Assembly: GCA_949498175.1 (NCBI GenBank)
Contig: CATDDF010000041.1
Location: 1,690-65,689 of the forward strand
Direction: 5' to 3'
Source of the DNA: Alphaproteobacteria bacterium
Lineage (GTDB): Bacteria > Pseudomonadota > Alphaproteobacteria > RS24
Length of the DNA: 64,000 nt
This document shows positions 38,880 to 48,316 of the stretch, piece after piece (the first letter of the stretch is position 1; every line of letters starts with the position of its first letter). The notes beneath the pieces are model-generated. The model saw only the letters and a list, made by a program, of their open reading frames with translations, was not told the origin of the DNA and searched no databases. A program made the translations under genes and the position numbers.

Positions 38880-40262
38880 ATGAGCATCAGCTTTCTCTTT
38901 TTATGTCTTTTGGGCCTCGGCGCATTTTCGTTTCTTTTCGGTCGCCGTCGCATTCGCGGATTGACCGCCATGACCGGTGTCAAACAGCATTCGCGCGATG
39001 TTTATCACGGCAGCTTTGTCGTCATTTGCGCGGTGTTATTGCCGCTTATTATCCTCTTGGCCTGGTCCGGCCTGTCGCCGCTTCTCATCGATGCCATGCT
39101 GGAAGATTTCCTGCGCCGCCAATCGCCCGATTTATCCATTGGCGAAATGGGCGTATTGATTGCCAAAGTGAAAGCCTATTTTGTCGGTTCACTGCCGGAA
39201 GCTTTTGCTGATGAGCTTATTCGAAATGGCGCGGATTATTTTGCCGCGCTGGTGGATTATTCCACCACGGCGCGTAGTTTTGTCGTTTTACTGTTAAGCC
39301 TATGTGGTGCGGCGCTGGGCTTGCGTCTTTTGGCGCCGCGTTTTACCGCGCGTCCGGCCGTTGAGCGGGTCTTTGAAATTGTCATGATTGTCGCCTCGGC
39401 GATTGCCATTTTGACGACCATAGGCATTGTACTGTCGCTGATTTTCGAAACTTTGCGTTTTTTCGACACAGTGCCGGTAATGGAGTTTTTGTTCGGGCTG
39501 AGCTGGTCGCCGCAAATCGCCATTCGCGAAGACCAAGTTGGCGGCTCGGGGTCATTTGGCGCCATTCCGCTTTTCGCCGGCACAATGATGATTACCTTTA
39601 TCGCCATGTTGGTGGCCGTGCCTATCGGCCTCATGTCGGCGGTTTATTTGTCGGAATATGCCAATCCGAAATTGCGCGGCATTGCCAAGCCGGGCATTGA
39701 AATTTTGGCCGGTATTCCCACCGTTGTTTACGGCTTTTTCGCCGCCCTGATGGTGGCCCCGTTTTTGCGCGATAGCGGGGCTGAGATTGGCCTCACATTA
39801 TCATCGGAAAGCGCGCTGGCGGCCGGTTTGGTAATGGGGATTATGATTATTCCGTTTATTTCATCGCTATCCGATGACGTCATCAACGCCGTGCCGCAAA
39901 CCCTGCGCGATGGCGCGGCCGCGCTCGGGGCGACGCAATCGGAAACCATTTGCCAAGTCGTGCTACCCGCTGCCTTGCCGGGCATTGTCAGCGCCATATT
40001 GCTGGCCATGTCGCGGGCCATAGGTGAGACCATGATTGTGGTGATGGCGGCCGGCGTGGCAGCCAATTTGACCGCCAATCCGTTTGAGAGCGTGACCACA
40101 GTGACGGTGCAAATCGTCATGCTTCTGGTCGGTGACCAAGAATTTGACAGCGCCAAAACATTGGCCGCTTTCGCCCTCGGCTTGGTTTTGTTCTTCATCA
40201 CGCTTTTGCTCAATGTGTTGGCACTCTATGTCGTCAACCGCTTTAAGGAACAATATGACTGA
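38880..40262 (+). CDS. pstC: Phosphate ABC transporter permease PstC
   Basis: GAIPLFAGT, LAGIPTVVYG and SRAIGETMIV. Confidence 0.95.
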   Translation: MSISFLFLCLLGLGAFSFLFGRRRIRGLTAMTGVKQHSRDVYHGSFVVICAVLLPLIILLAWSGLSPLLIDAMLEDFLRRQSPDLSIGEMGVLIAKVKAYFVGSLPEAFADELIRNGADYFAALVDYSTTARSFVVLLLSLCGAALGLRLLAPRFTARPAVERVFEIVMIVASAIAILTTIGIVLSLIFETLRFFDTVPVMEFLFGLSWSPQIAIREDQVGGSGSFGAIPLFAGTMMITFIAMLVAVPIGLMSAVYLSEYANPKLRGIAKPGIEILAGIPTVVYGFFAALMVAPFLRDSGAEIGLTLSSESALAAGLVMGIMIIPFISSLSDDVINAVPQTLRDGAAALGATQSETICQVVLPAALPGIVSAILLAMSRAIGETMIVVMAAGVAANLTANPFESVTTVTVQIVMLLVGDQEFDSAKTLAAFALGLVLFFITLLLNVLALYVVNRFKEQYD

Positions 40263-41520
40263 TTATTCGGACCCTGATTTCCGCGCCGCGCGGCTGAAAA
40301 AACGCTATCAAGCCGAGAAGCGTTTCCGCGCCTATGGTATGGCGGCCATTATCACGGCCGGTTTGATTTTGGTGTTTTTGCTGGGGTCGATTATCTATTC
40401 CTCCTTACCGGCTTTTTCGCATCACCAAGTGCGTCTCGATATCAATATATCTGAAGACTATGTCGTCGCCGATGCACCGGAAGAGGGTAATTATTTGGGT
40501 CTGGTGCGGGCTGCCCTGCGCGACCATTTCCCGCAAGTGACAGGGCGGCGCGACAAGCGGGCGCTCTATAAAATTCTTTCCATTGGCGCATCGGATGCGG
40601 TCGAAGACCGCGTCAAAAATGATCCGCGCCTTATCGGCACGCAAATCAGCCTTTATGTGCCGCTATCGGACGATATTGATTTAATGTTGAAAGGCTTGAT
40701 TGATCGCAATTTGCCCGAAAGCGACCGCATCGTGTCTGACCGCGATTTGGCTTTTGTCGATAAGCTGGCCGAAGAAAATCGCATTGAGCGCAAATTTGCC
40801 TTTGCGCTGTTCACCAATGGCGACAGCCGCGAGCCGGAAATGGCAGGCATTAAGGGCGCGCTTGCCGGGTCGCTTTGGACTTTATTGGTAACGCTGATTG
40901 TCAGTTTTCCGCTTGGTGTCTTGGCGGCGATTTATCTCGAAGAAGTGGCGCCGAAAAACCGTTTCACCGCTTTGATTGAAGTCAATATCAATAATCTTGC
41001 CGCCGTGCCGTCCATTGTTTATGGGCTTTTGGGGCTGGCCGTGTTCATCAATTTCTTTCATTTGCCGCGCTCGGCGCCCTTGGTGGGTGGTTTGGTTTTG
41101 GCGTTGATGACTTTGCCGCGCATCATTATTCCCACGCGCGCCGCTTTCGCCGCCATTCCGCCTTCGATTCGCGAAGCGGCTTTGGGGGTCGGCGCGTCGC
41201 GCACACAGGTCATTATGCATCACGTCTTGCCGCTCGCCATGCCGGGTATTCTGACCGGCACGATTATCGGTCTGGCGCAGGCGGCAGGCGAAACCGCGCC
41301 GCTTTTGATGATCGGCATGATGGCCTTTATTGTTGATGTGCCGACCGAAGTGACGGCCAAAGCGACCGTCTTGCCGGCACAAATCTATATGTGGGCCAAT
41401 AATCCCGAACGCGCCTTTGTGGCCCGCACCAGTGCCGGAATTGTGGTATTGTTGACCCTGCTTTTGGTGGTCAATGCGGCGGCCATTTATTTCCGCAGAC
41501 GATTTGAGAAGCGATGGTAA
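40255..41520 (+). CDS. pstA: Phosphate ABC transporter permease PstA
   Basis: [18 protein letters not shown] and [10 protein letters not shown]. Confidence 0.95.
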   Translation: MTDYSDPDFRAARLKKRYQAEKRFRAYGMAAIITAGLILVFLLGSIIYSSLPAFSHHQVRLDINISEDYVVADAPEEGNYLGLVRAALRDHFPQVTGRRDKRALYKILSIGASDAVEDRVKNDPRLIGTQISLYVPLSDDIDLMLKGLIDRNLPESDRIVSDRDLAFVDKLAEENRIERKFAFALFTNGDSREPEMAGIKGALAGSLWTLLVTLIVSFPLGVLAAIYLEEVAPKNRFTALIEVNINNLAAVPSIVYGLLGLAVFINFFHLPRSAPLVGGLVLALMTLPRIIIPTRAAFAAIPPSIREAALGVGASRTQVIMHHVLPLAMPGILTGTIIGLAQAAGETAPLLMIGMMAFIVDVPTEVTAKATVLPAQIYMWANNPERAFVARTSAGIVVLLTLLLVVNAAAIYFRRRFEKRW

Positions 41521-41527
41521 AATGAAG

Positions 41528-42298
41528 ATGAGTGAAAGCCAAAAAGTAAAAATCAAAGCACGCAATGTGACCGTACATTATGGCGAGGCGCGCGCATTAC
41601 ACGGCATTGACCTTGATCTCAATGCCAATGAAGTGACCGCGCTGATCGGCCCGTCAGGCTGTGGCAAGTCGACTTTCTTGCGCTGCATCAACCGCATGAA
41701 TGATGTGATTGACGGCTGCCGCGTCGGCGGCACGGTGAGCATTGATGAACAGAATATTTATTCCGATGCCGTTGATGTGGTGGAATTGCGCGCCCGTGTC
41801 GGCATGGTGTTTCAAAAACCCAATCCGTTTCCGAAATCAATTTATGACAATGTTGCTTATGGCCCGCGCATTCACGGCATGGCACCAAGCCGTAGCGAGC
41901 TTGACCATATTGTCGAAACCAGCCTCAAGCGCGCCGGGCTTTGGGACGAGGTCAAAGACCGTTTAAGCGCTTCGGGCACCAGCCTGTCGGGTGGTCAGCA
42001 GCAGCGCTTATGCATTGCCCGCGCCATTGCGGTCAATCCCGATATTGTGCTGATGGATGAACCGTGCTCGGCGCTTGACCCGATTGCGACGGCGGTTATT
42101 GAAGAATTAATGGAAGAATTGCGGCGCGATTACACGATTGTGATCGTCACCCATTCCATGCAGCAGGCGGCGCGCATCTCGCAGCGCACCGCTTATTTTC
42201 ACCTCGGCGATTTGGTCGAGCACGGGCAGACGCAAGCGATTTTCACCAATCCGGAAAACCAGCAAACCGAAGCCTATATTTCAGGGAAAATCGGATAA
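41528..42298 (+). CDS. pstB: Phosphate ABC transporter ATPase
   Basis: [32 protein letters not shown] and [10 protein letters not shown]. Confidence 0.98.
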   Translation: MSESQKVKIKARNVTVHYGEARALHGIDLDLNANEVTALIGPSGCGKSTFLRCINRMNDVIDGCRVGGTVSIDEQNIYSDAVDVVELRARVGMVFQKPNPFPKSIYDNVAYGPRIHGMAPSRSELDHIVETSLKRAGLWDEVKDRLSASGTSLSGGQQQRLCIARAIAVNPDIVLMDEPCSALDPIATAVIEELMEELRRDYTIVIVTHSMQQAARISQRTAYFHLGDLVEHGQTQAIFTNPENQQTEAYISGKIG

Positions 42299-43011
42299 TG
42301 AATGACGAGCATATAGTTTCTTCTTTTGACCGCGACCTTGCCGAGCTGAACCAAATGGTGGCACGTTTGGGCGGCATGGCCGAGCAGCAATTTGCCGCCG
42401 CCATTGATGCGCTGGAAAATCGCAATGCTTCCTCGATTGAAACCATTATCACTAAGGATGGTGAGCTTGACCAATTGGAGAAGGATTTGAACGATCGCGC
42501 CATTGAGGTGATTGCGACGCGCGCGCCCATGGCCACCGATTTGCGGCGCATTTTATCGGCCGTAAAAATCGCTGCCGTGCTTGAGCGCGTCGGCGATTAT
42601 GCCAAAAACATTGCCAAGCGCAGCCTTGTCATTATTTCCGATGAGACCAATCGCAGCGATACGATTTCAGTCGGGCGCATTGCCGATATCGTGCAGGGCA
42701 TGTTGCGCGAGGCGCTTGATGCCTATGCCACGGCCAATGCCGATTTGGCGATGGAAGTATGGGAACGCGACCAAGAAGTCGACGCGCTTTACACCAGCCT
42801 GCATAGCGATTTACTCGGCGTTATTGCCAGCGGTTCGGAAGAGGCCAATGTCAGTTCACATTTTCTCTTTATTGCCAAAAATATTGAGCGCATAGGCGAC
42901 CATACGACGGCGGTGGCCGAGCAGGTTTATTTTCAGGTCAATGGCGAAATGCCCAGTGATGAGCGCCCGAAGGCCGATGCGGCGAGCGGGGCGACCGAAA
43001 CGGAGGCGTAA
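42298..43011 (+). CDS. phoU: Phosphate signalling protein PhoU
   Basis: PMATDLR, LERVGDYAKNIA and KNIERIGDH. Confidence 0.96.
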   Translation: MNDEHIVSSFDRDLAELNQMVARLGGMAEQQFAAAIDALENRNASSIETIITKDGELDQLEKDLNDRAIEVIATRAPMATDLRRILSAVKIAAVLERVGDYAKNIAKRSLVIISDETNRSDTISVGRIADIVQGMLREALDAYATANADLAMEVWERDQEVDALYTSLHSDLLGVIASGSEEANVSSHFLFIAKNIERIGDHTTAVAEQVYFQVNGEMPSDERPKADAASGATETEA

Positions 43012-43020
43012 GCGAAACTC

Positions 43021-43725
43021 ATGTCGGCTTCTATTTTAATTGTCGATGACGAACCGGCACAATTGGAATTGTTACGCTATAATTTGGAGAAGGCGGGTTT
43101 TCAAACCCTCCAGGCCGATAATGGGCGCACCGCAATCGAGCTTGTTGAGGAGACCACGCCCGATTTGGTGGTGCTCGATTGGATGATGCCGGAAGCTTCA
43201 GGCATTGATGTGTGCCGCGAATTGCGCGCCCGGTCGGCAACGCGGCTTTTGCCTATCATTATGCTGAGTGCGCGCGGTGAAGAAGGTGACCGCGCTTTGG
43301 GGTTGGATACGGGCGCAGATGATTATATTACCAAGCCGTTTTCGCCGCGCGAATTGGTGGCGCGGGTGAAAGCGCTATTGCGTCGCGCCCGCCCGTCGCT
43401 CTTGCAAGATGTGATGGAGTTTGACGGTTTGGTCCTCAACCCTGATACCATGCGGGTTGAACGCGATGGCGAGGTCATTCATTTGGGGCCGAAAGAGTTT
43501 CGTTTATTGTCGGTTTTGATGGAGCGCCCGGAGCGCGTGTTCAGCCGCGCGCAATTACTCGATAAGGTTTGGGGGCACGGCATTTATGTCGAAGATCGCA
43601 CGGTTGATGTGCATATGAGCCGCTTACGCCGCGCTTTGAACAAAAGCGGTAAAAGCCGTGTAGCGCGTCGCGACATTATTCGCACCGTGCGCGGTACGGG
43701 CTATTCGCTGTCGCGTGAAAATTAA
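43021..43725 (+). CDS. phoB: Phosphate regulon response regulator
   Basis: REC domain LDWMMP, GADDYITKPFS and winged helix DRTVDVHMSRLR...RTVRGTGY. Confidence 0.95.
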   Translation: MSASILIVDDEPAQLELLRYNLEKAGFQTLQADNGRTAIELVEETTPDLVVLDWMMPEASGIDVCRELRARSATRLLPIIMLSARGEEGDRALGLDTGADDYITKPFSPRELVARVKALLRRARPSLLQDVMEFDGLVLNPDTMRVERDGEVIHLGPKEFRLLSVLMERPERVFSRAQLLDKVWGHGIYVEDRTVDVHMSRLRRALNKSGKSRVARRDIIRTVRGTGYSLSREN

Positions 43726-43779
43726 ATCATTGGCGCGGCTGAAAGCTTGCTCTAACCTCTCCGGCAAAGGAGATAGTCC

Positions 43780-44379
43780 ATGAGCAAAACCGTTGACTTT
43801 ATTTTTGATTTCGCCAGCCCCAATGCCTATTTGGTGCATAAAATCGTGCCCGAAATCGAGGCGCGCACCGGTGCGCATTTCAATTATATTCCCTGCCTTT
43901 TGGGCGGTATTTTCAAGGCGACGGGCAATCAAGCGCCGATGATTGCCTTTGGCGGGATTAAGAATAAACCCGAATATGACGTGCTTGAAATGCAGCGTTT
44001 CATCACCCGCCATAATCTCACCGGCTTTAAGATGAATCCGCATTTTCCGGTCATATCGCTCATGTTGATGCGCGGTGCGCTGGTCGCCGAGCGCGACGGC
44101 TATTTGATGGCATATATTGATGCCATGATTGACGCAATGTGGGAGCAGGGCTTGAAACTCGATGATGCGGAAGTGCTGCATAAAGCGCTGGCCGATGCCG
44201 GTTTTGACGCCGATAAAATCATGGCCGATATGGACGATGATCCGATTAAGGCGAAGCTGATTGAAAACACCGAAGCCGCCGTTGCGCGCGGCGCCTTTGG
44301 TATTCCGACTTTTTTTGTCGGCGATGAGATATTTTTCGGCAAAGAACGCCTCGGCCAAGTAGAAGAATTGCTCGCTTAA
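43780..44379 (+). CDS. 2-hydroxychromene-2-carboxylate isomerase / kappa-class GST (DsbA family)
   Basis: FDFASPNAYL and GAFGIPTFFVG...FFGKER. Confidence 0.88.
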   Translation: MSKTVDFIFDFASPNAYLVHKIVPEIEARTGAHFNYIPCLLGGIFKATGNQAPMIAFGGIKNKPEYDVLEMQRFITRHNLTGFKMNPHFPVISLMLMRGALVAERDGYLMAYIDAMIDAMWEQGLKLDDAEVLHKALADAGFDADKIMADMDDDPIKAKLIENTEAAVARGAFGIPTFFVGDEIFFGKERLGQVEELLA

Positions 44380-45212
44380 TTGAGCGGTGAGCCTTCTAAT
44401 GTAATGCGATGCATTTCGCGGCGCGCGCCGTGATAATCATTGAGTGCATAATGCCAAGTGCAACGATTGTCCCAAATGGCGATAGAGCCTTCGGCCCATT
44501 TAAAGCGCGTCGTATGCTCCATCAAAGTGGCGTGCTGATAGAGGTAATCGAGCAGTGGCTTGCTTTCGGCCGCCGTCCAGCCCTCAAAATGTAGCGTAAA
44601 AGCCGGATTGACATAAAGCGCTTTGCGGCCGCTTTCAGGATGAGTGATGATGACCGGATGAACGGCATCTTGTGTCGCTTGTTCGGCATTCTCCAACACG
44701 CCGTCAAGCTCGGCGCGATAGGCCGATTGGTCGCCGAAAACATGGCGGCTTGAATGCACCGCATTCATCCCTTCCAATGTTTTTTTCAGCCCTGCTGATA
44801 ATGACTCATAGGCCTTATACATACAGGCGAACAGCGTATCTCCGCCGACCGGCGGGGTTTCGCGAGCCAGCAAAATAGAACCCATAGCGGGAATTTGGTC
44901 ATAGCTGTGATCGGTGTGCCAACCGCCGCCAATATTGGTCGCTTGGTCTTTTTCCTTGGTCACGGAAGCGATTTTTTCATAACCGGCAACTTTCGGAAAA
45001 AAGCGATTGACGTTTATCTCCCCCCAGCGCTCGGCAAATTCAATATGCTGCTCCGGCGTCATATTCTGGTTACGGAAGAACACCAGCCCATTGTCGATAA
45101 AAGCCGATTGAATGGCTTCAAAATCGGCTTCGCTCACACCTTTGCCGATATCGACATTGCCCAATTCGACCCCGACACCGCCGGAAACCGGTTTGATTTC
45201 AACTGTGCTCAT
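44376..45212 (-). CDS. TauD/TfdA family Fe(II)/2-oxoglutarate dioxygenase
   Basis: WHTDHSY, GGDTLF, HPVIITHPESGRKAL and WDNRCTWH. Confidence 0.92.
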   Translation of the reverse strand: MSTVEIKPVSGGVGVELGNVDIGKGVSEADFEAIQSAFIDNGLVFFRNQNMTPEQHIEFAERWGEINVNRFFPKVAGYEKIASVTKEKDQATNIGGGWHTDHSYDQIPAMGSILLARETPPVGGDTLFACMYKAYESLSAGLKKTLEGMNAVHSSRHVFGDQSAYRAELDGVLENAEQATQDAVHPVIITHPESGRKALYVNPAFTLHFEGWTAAESKPLLDYLYQHATLMEHTTRFKWAEGSIAIWDNRCTWHYALNDYHGARREMHRITLEGSPLN

Positions 45213-45464
45213 CTCAAAACCCCCAATTTTTTTTACATTATAGGGCGAGCTTTCCGGCGCTGACAAGACCATGCGGGAGTGCTTTTACCCTCTGCCCCGA
45301 CGGCATCGTCACATTATCAAGTGCAGGTTTGGCGGGAAAACCGCGGCTTGTGGTAATTTTGTGCGCATTTTTATGGTAAAAATAAGAGATGGGCAGTGAT
45401 TCGAAAATTCACTGCGCCGCATGGTGCCTGCCCGCAAATATTGCTTGGGGCGTGCACCTTGTAA

Positions 45465-47108
45465 ATGGGTGTTGACTGTATGAGTAGAGCCGAGGCGTTT
45501 CTTTCAGGTGCCGTGCAAATTGCCGGGCCGCTTTTGCGGCGCCAAGAGCGTATTGTGGCCGTCAAATTGCACCCGGATGCCGTTTCTGTGGTCCAATTAC
45601 ACCCGACTTTAGATGATTGGGAGATGGACCGGCTGGTCAGCTGGTCGCTGGAAAACGCCATTGGGCGCTCGCCGGTGCAGGATAATTTTTCCTATTTGGC
45701 CAATCAAATATCGGCGGCTGCGGAAGAGGCGGGGGTTGACGGCGTTGATGCGGGCATTTCCATTCCGCATTCGCTTTTCGATGTGCGGATTTTGCAACTT
45801 CCCTATATGGAAGAAGACGAGCTTGCCGATGAGGCCGATGAGCCTGAATTTTGGGAAGAATTTGACCCCGAGCTGAATAATCTGGTCGGCAAGGTGGTGC
45901 GCTATCAAATTCTTTATGCCAATGAGGGCGAAGATCGTATTGATGTGATGATTGCCAGCCTGCCGGTCGGTGAATTGGAGCGCTATCGCGCGTTAATGCT
46001 CGACGCCAATTTGATTCCGGTCTTTGTCGAGAATGAATTGTTCTCGCTGGTCAACGGCATTTATGCCCGCATGAGCACGGATGAGCGCTTCAAGCCGTTT
46101 TTCGTCATTCACTTGTGCCCCGGCAATAATCAGATTATTGCGCATTTTCGGGGCCGCATTTACATGCACAAAATCAATATTTCCGATTTCGACGAAGCCT
46201 TATTGATGGAATTGGAACGCATCGATGAGGTGGAGGGCGATTTTTGGGAAGAGGTCGCCATTCGCGTCAGCGAGCAAGTCAAACAGGCGATTGCCTTTTT
46301 GGTCGAGACCTATGATGTGCAGACCCCTGACAAAGTGTTTTTGGTCTCCGAATATCGCGAGATTGAGAATTTCTATTATCTGCTCGATAACCGCCTCGGC
46401 ATGGCGCGGGTGATTATTTATGATGCGATGGATGATGTTGATGTGCCAATTGAACATCAAAAATATGTCGATTTTTTCGCCAATCCGTCGATTTTCACAA
46501 CTGCCATCGGCTTGGCGACTCAAGGTTTGAATATTGAAGGCCGTGCCCATAATGATTTGCACAGCCGCCTGATTTCCATGAATTTTCTGGAAGATGCGCC
46601 GCGCATTAAACGCAATCGGCAATTGGCGGCGGTCAATCGCATTTTGTCGCTGGCCATTATGGCAGTGATTTTATTCTCCGGCACGGTGCTGGGTGTCAAT
46701 ACGGTGCCGGCCTATTTGCAAACGCGCGAAGCCTCGGCACAATATAGCGCGGCCGAAGGCGCGGCGCGCGCCGAGGCGCTGCGGCGCGACATTAATGAAA
46801 AGAAAATGGCCGAAATAAACGGCATCATTACCGATATTCGCGCCAATGCGGCCAATCGCGGCTATGGTATGTTTTTGACGCAATTACCGAGTCTCTTGCC
46901 GGTCGGGGCCGAATTGCAAAGGCTCGAAATTGACGAAAAACAGGGCGTCATTATGTCGGGTCTGGCGCTTGAAAACGCCGCCATTAATGAACTCAAAAGC
47001 AATTTGCGCAGCGCCAAAATATTGCGCCGCGACCCTAAAGTGGAAACCGAAAAAGACGGCGACTATTGGCGTTTCTCCATGACATTGGCCTTATCGAGGA
47101 TGCAGTGA
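45465..47108 (+). CDS. pilM: Type IV pilus alignment protein, PilM-PilN fusion
   Basis: N-terminal actin-like PilM-type region ending TAIGLATQG, then ISMNFL (INLLP-like), a TM segment, coiled coil and PilN-like domain (LPVGAELQRLEI...MSGLA); first gene of the pil operon. Confidence 0.65.
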   Translation: MGVDCMSRAEAFLSGAVQIAGPLLRRQERIVAVKLHPDAVSVVQLHPTLDDWEMDRLVSWSLENAIGRSPVQDNFSYLANQISAAAEEAGVDGVDAGISIPHSLFDVRILQLPYMEEDELADEADEPEFWEEFDPELNNLVGKVVRYQILYANEGEDRIDVMIASLPVGELERYRALMLDANLIPVFVENELFSLVNGIYARMSTDERFKPFFVIHLCPGNNQIIAHFRGRIYMHKINISDFDEALLMELERIDEVEGDFWEEVAIRVSEQVKQAIAFLVETYDVQTPDKVFLVSEYREIENFYYLLDNRLGMARVIIYDAMDDVDVPIEHQKYVDFFANPSIFTTAIGLATQGLNIEGRAHNDLHSRLISMNFLEDAPRIKRNRQLAAVNRILSLAIMAVILFSGTVLGVNTVPAYLQTREASAQYSAAEGAARAEALRRDINEKKMAEINGIITDIRANAANRGYGMFLTQLPSLLPVGAELQRLEIDEKQGVIMSGLALENAAINELKSNLRSAKILRRDPKVETEKDGDYWRFSMTLALSRMQ

Positions 47109-48316
47109 TGAGCGACATGCCCCTGTCCAATCTCAAGGCCGAAAAAACATTATCGCCGCAAGCGCGCAAATTACTTGCCGAATTATCGCTTGACGGTGCC
47201 CTATCAGCCGGTGAACCCGATGAGGAAATTGACATAAACGCGCTGACTTACGCGGTCCATGGCGGTGAGGCACCGGTCGATACGCCGGTCTTGCTTACCC
47301 CGCATGACGACCGCAAGGCTGCGGCTTTCGCCGATTTGCTGGGCCATATTGATGATGGCGGCGATATGATGCTGGTCGATGAAAAAGCCGCTTTGGCAGT
47401 GGCTGAGAAATATCGAAGCGAAAAACAAGCGGCGCATATTGCTTTTGACGAGAATGATTTGCTCGATGAATTTGCCGTCCATGAGGACGATGCGCCGCCG
47501 CCGCTTGATAGCGCGCTGGATGAGGCACCGACGGCGCTCACAGATGCGGAAATCGACGCGGTTCTGGGCGATGACCCATTTGGCGATGAGAGCGATGGCG
47601 AGGGTCAGAAAGCACCTAGCTTTGCAGGCCTGATGTCGCGCTTCCGCGCCGGTGCCGGCGGTGTCAAACGAATGATTGGCGTGCGCAATGCGGCCGCCGC
47701 CTATAACGCGCAGTCAGGGGCGTCGCTCTTACCTTTTACGATTATTCGCGCCATTGTTTTGGTTCTGGTGGCCGCCGTACCGCCGGCCGTCAATTTGGCC
47801 ATCATCCAGCCGCAAATTTCCGACAATAGTCGCAAGCTGACACAAATTCGCGGCTTTGAGGCGCAAATGGCGGAAAATAAGAAGGTCGCCGATAAGTTGG
47901 CCAAAAGGCTCTCGGCTTTGGAACAAGATGCCAAGCGGCGCATTGACAAGCTCATGCCCAATGTCGAACTGGAGCGCCTGTTCAATAGCTATGTGGCGGC
48001 TTTGCAAAAATATGATATCGACCTGCAGGGCTATAATGTTTCGGCCTTAAATGACCGCAAAGTGATTATCGGTAATCGCGTGCAGGAAGCCAGTCTGGTC
48101 GAACTTGATTTGGTCGGGCGCTATGATATTTATGTCGATATTCGTAAGATTTTTGTCGACCAGCTGAAAATCGCCACTGTGGTGAAGGAAACCATGATAC
48201 CGCAAGAAGGCAGCCCGCAATTGCAAATCAAAGCGAGCTTGATGGTGCCGACCAAGCGAGATTATGACGCTGAATTGGATGACCCGGCCAAGCAAACGGC
48301 GGGGGCCAAACCATGA
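47108..48316 (+). CDS. pilO: PilO-like protein with long acidic N-terminal extension
   Basis: TM (IVLVLVAAVPPAVNLAII), coiled coil and LMP...ELDLVGRY pattern of PilO; position after pilMN. Confidence 0.6.
   Translation: MSDMPLSNLKAEKTLSPQARKLLAELSLDGALSAGEPDEEIDINALTYAVHGGEAPVDTPVLLTPHDDRKAAAFADLLGHIDDGGDMMLVDEKAALAVAEKYRSEKQAAHIAFDENDLLDEFAVHEDDAPPPLDSALDEAPTALTDAEIDAVLGDDPFGDESDGEGQKAPSFAGLMSRFRAGAGGVKRMIGVRNAAAAYNAQSGASLLPFTIIRAIVLVLVAAVPPAVNLAIIQPQISDNSRKLTQIRGFEAQMAENKKVADKLAKRLSALEQDAKRRIDKLMPNVELERLFNSYVAALQKYDIDLQGYNVSALNDRKVIIGNRVQEASLVELDLVGRYDIYVDIRKIFVDQLKIATVVKETMIPQEGSPQLQIKASLMVPTKRDYDAELDDPAKQTAGAKP

Noticed and set aside
45329-45345. Sigma54-like TGGC-N-GC spacing upstream of pilM
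   Set aside because: GG-N10-GC spacing is right but the -12 element reads CCGC rather than TTGC; no sigma54 site was found before pilA either.
45393-45415. Inverted repeat GCAGTGA…TCACTGC upstream of pilM
   Set aside because: Only 7 bp, no T tract and not repeated at other pil promoters; insufficient support.
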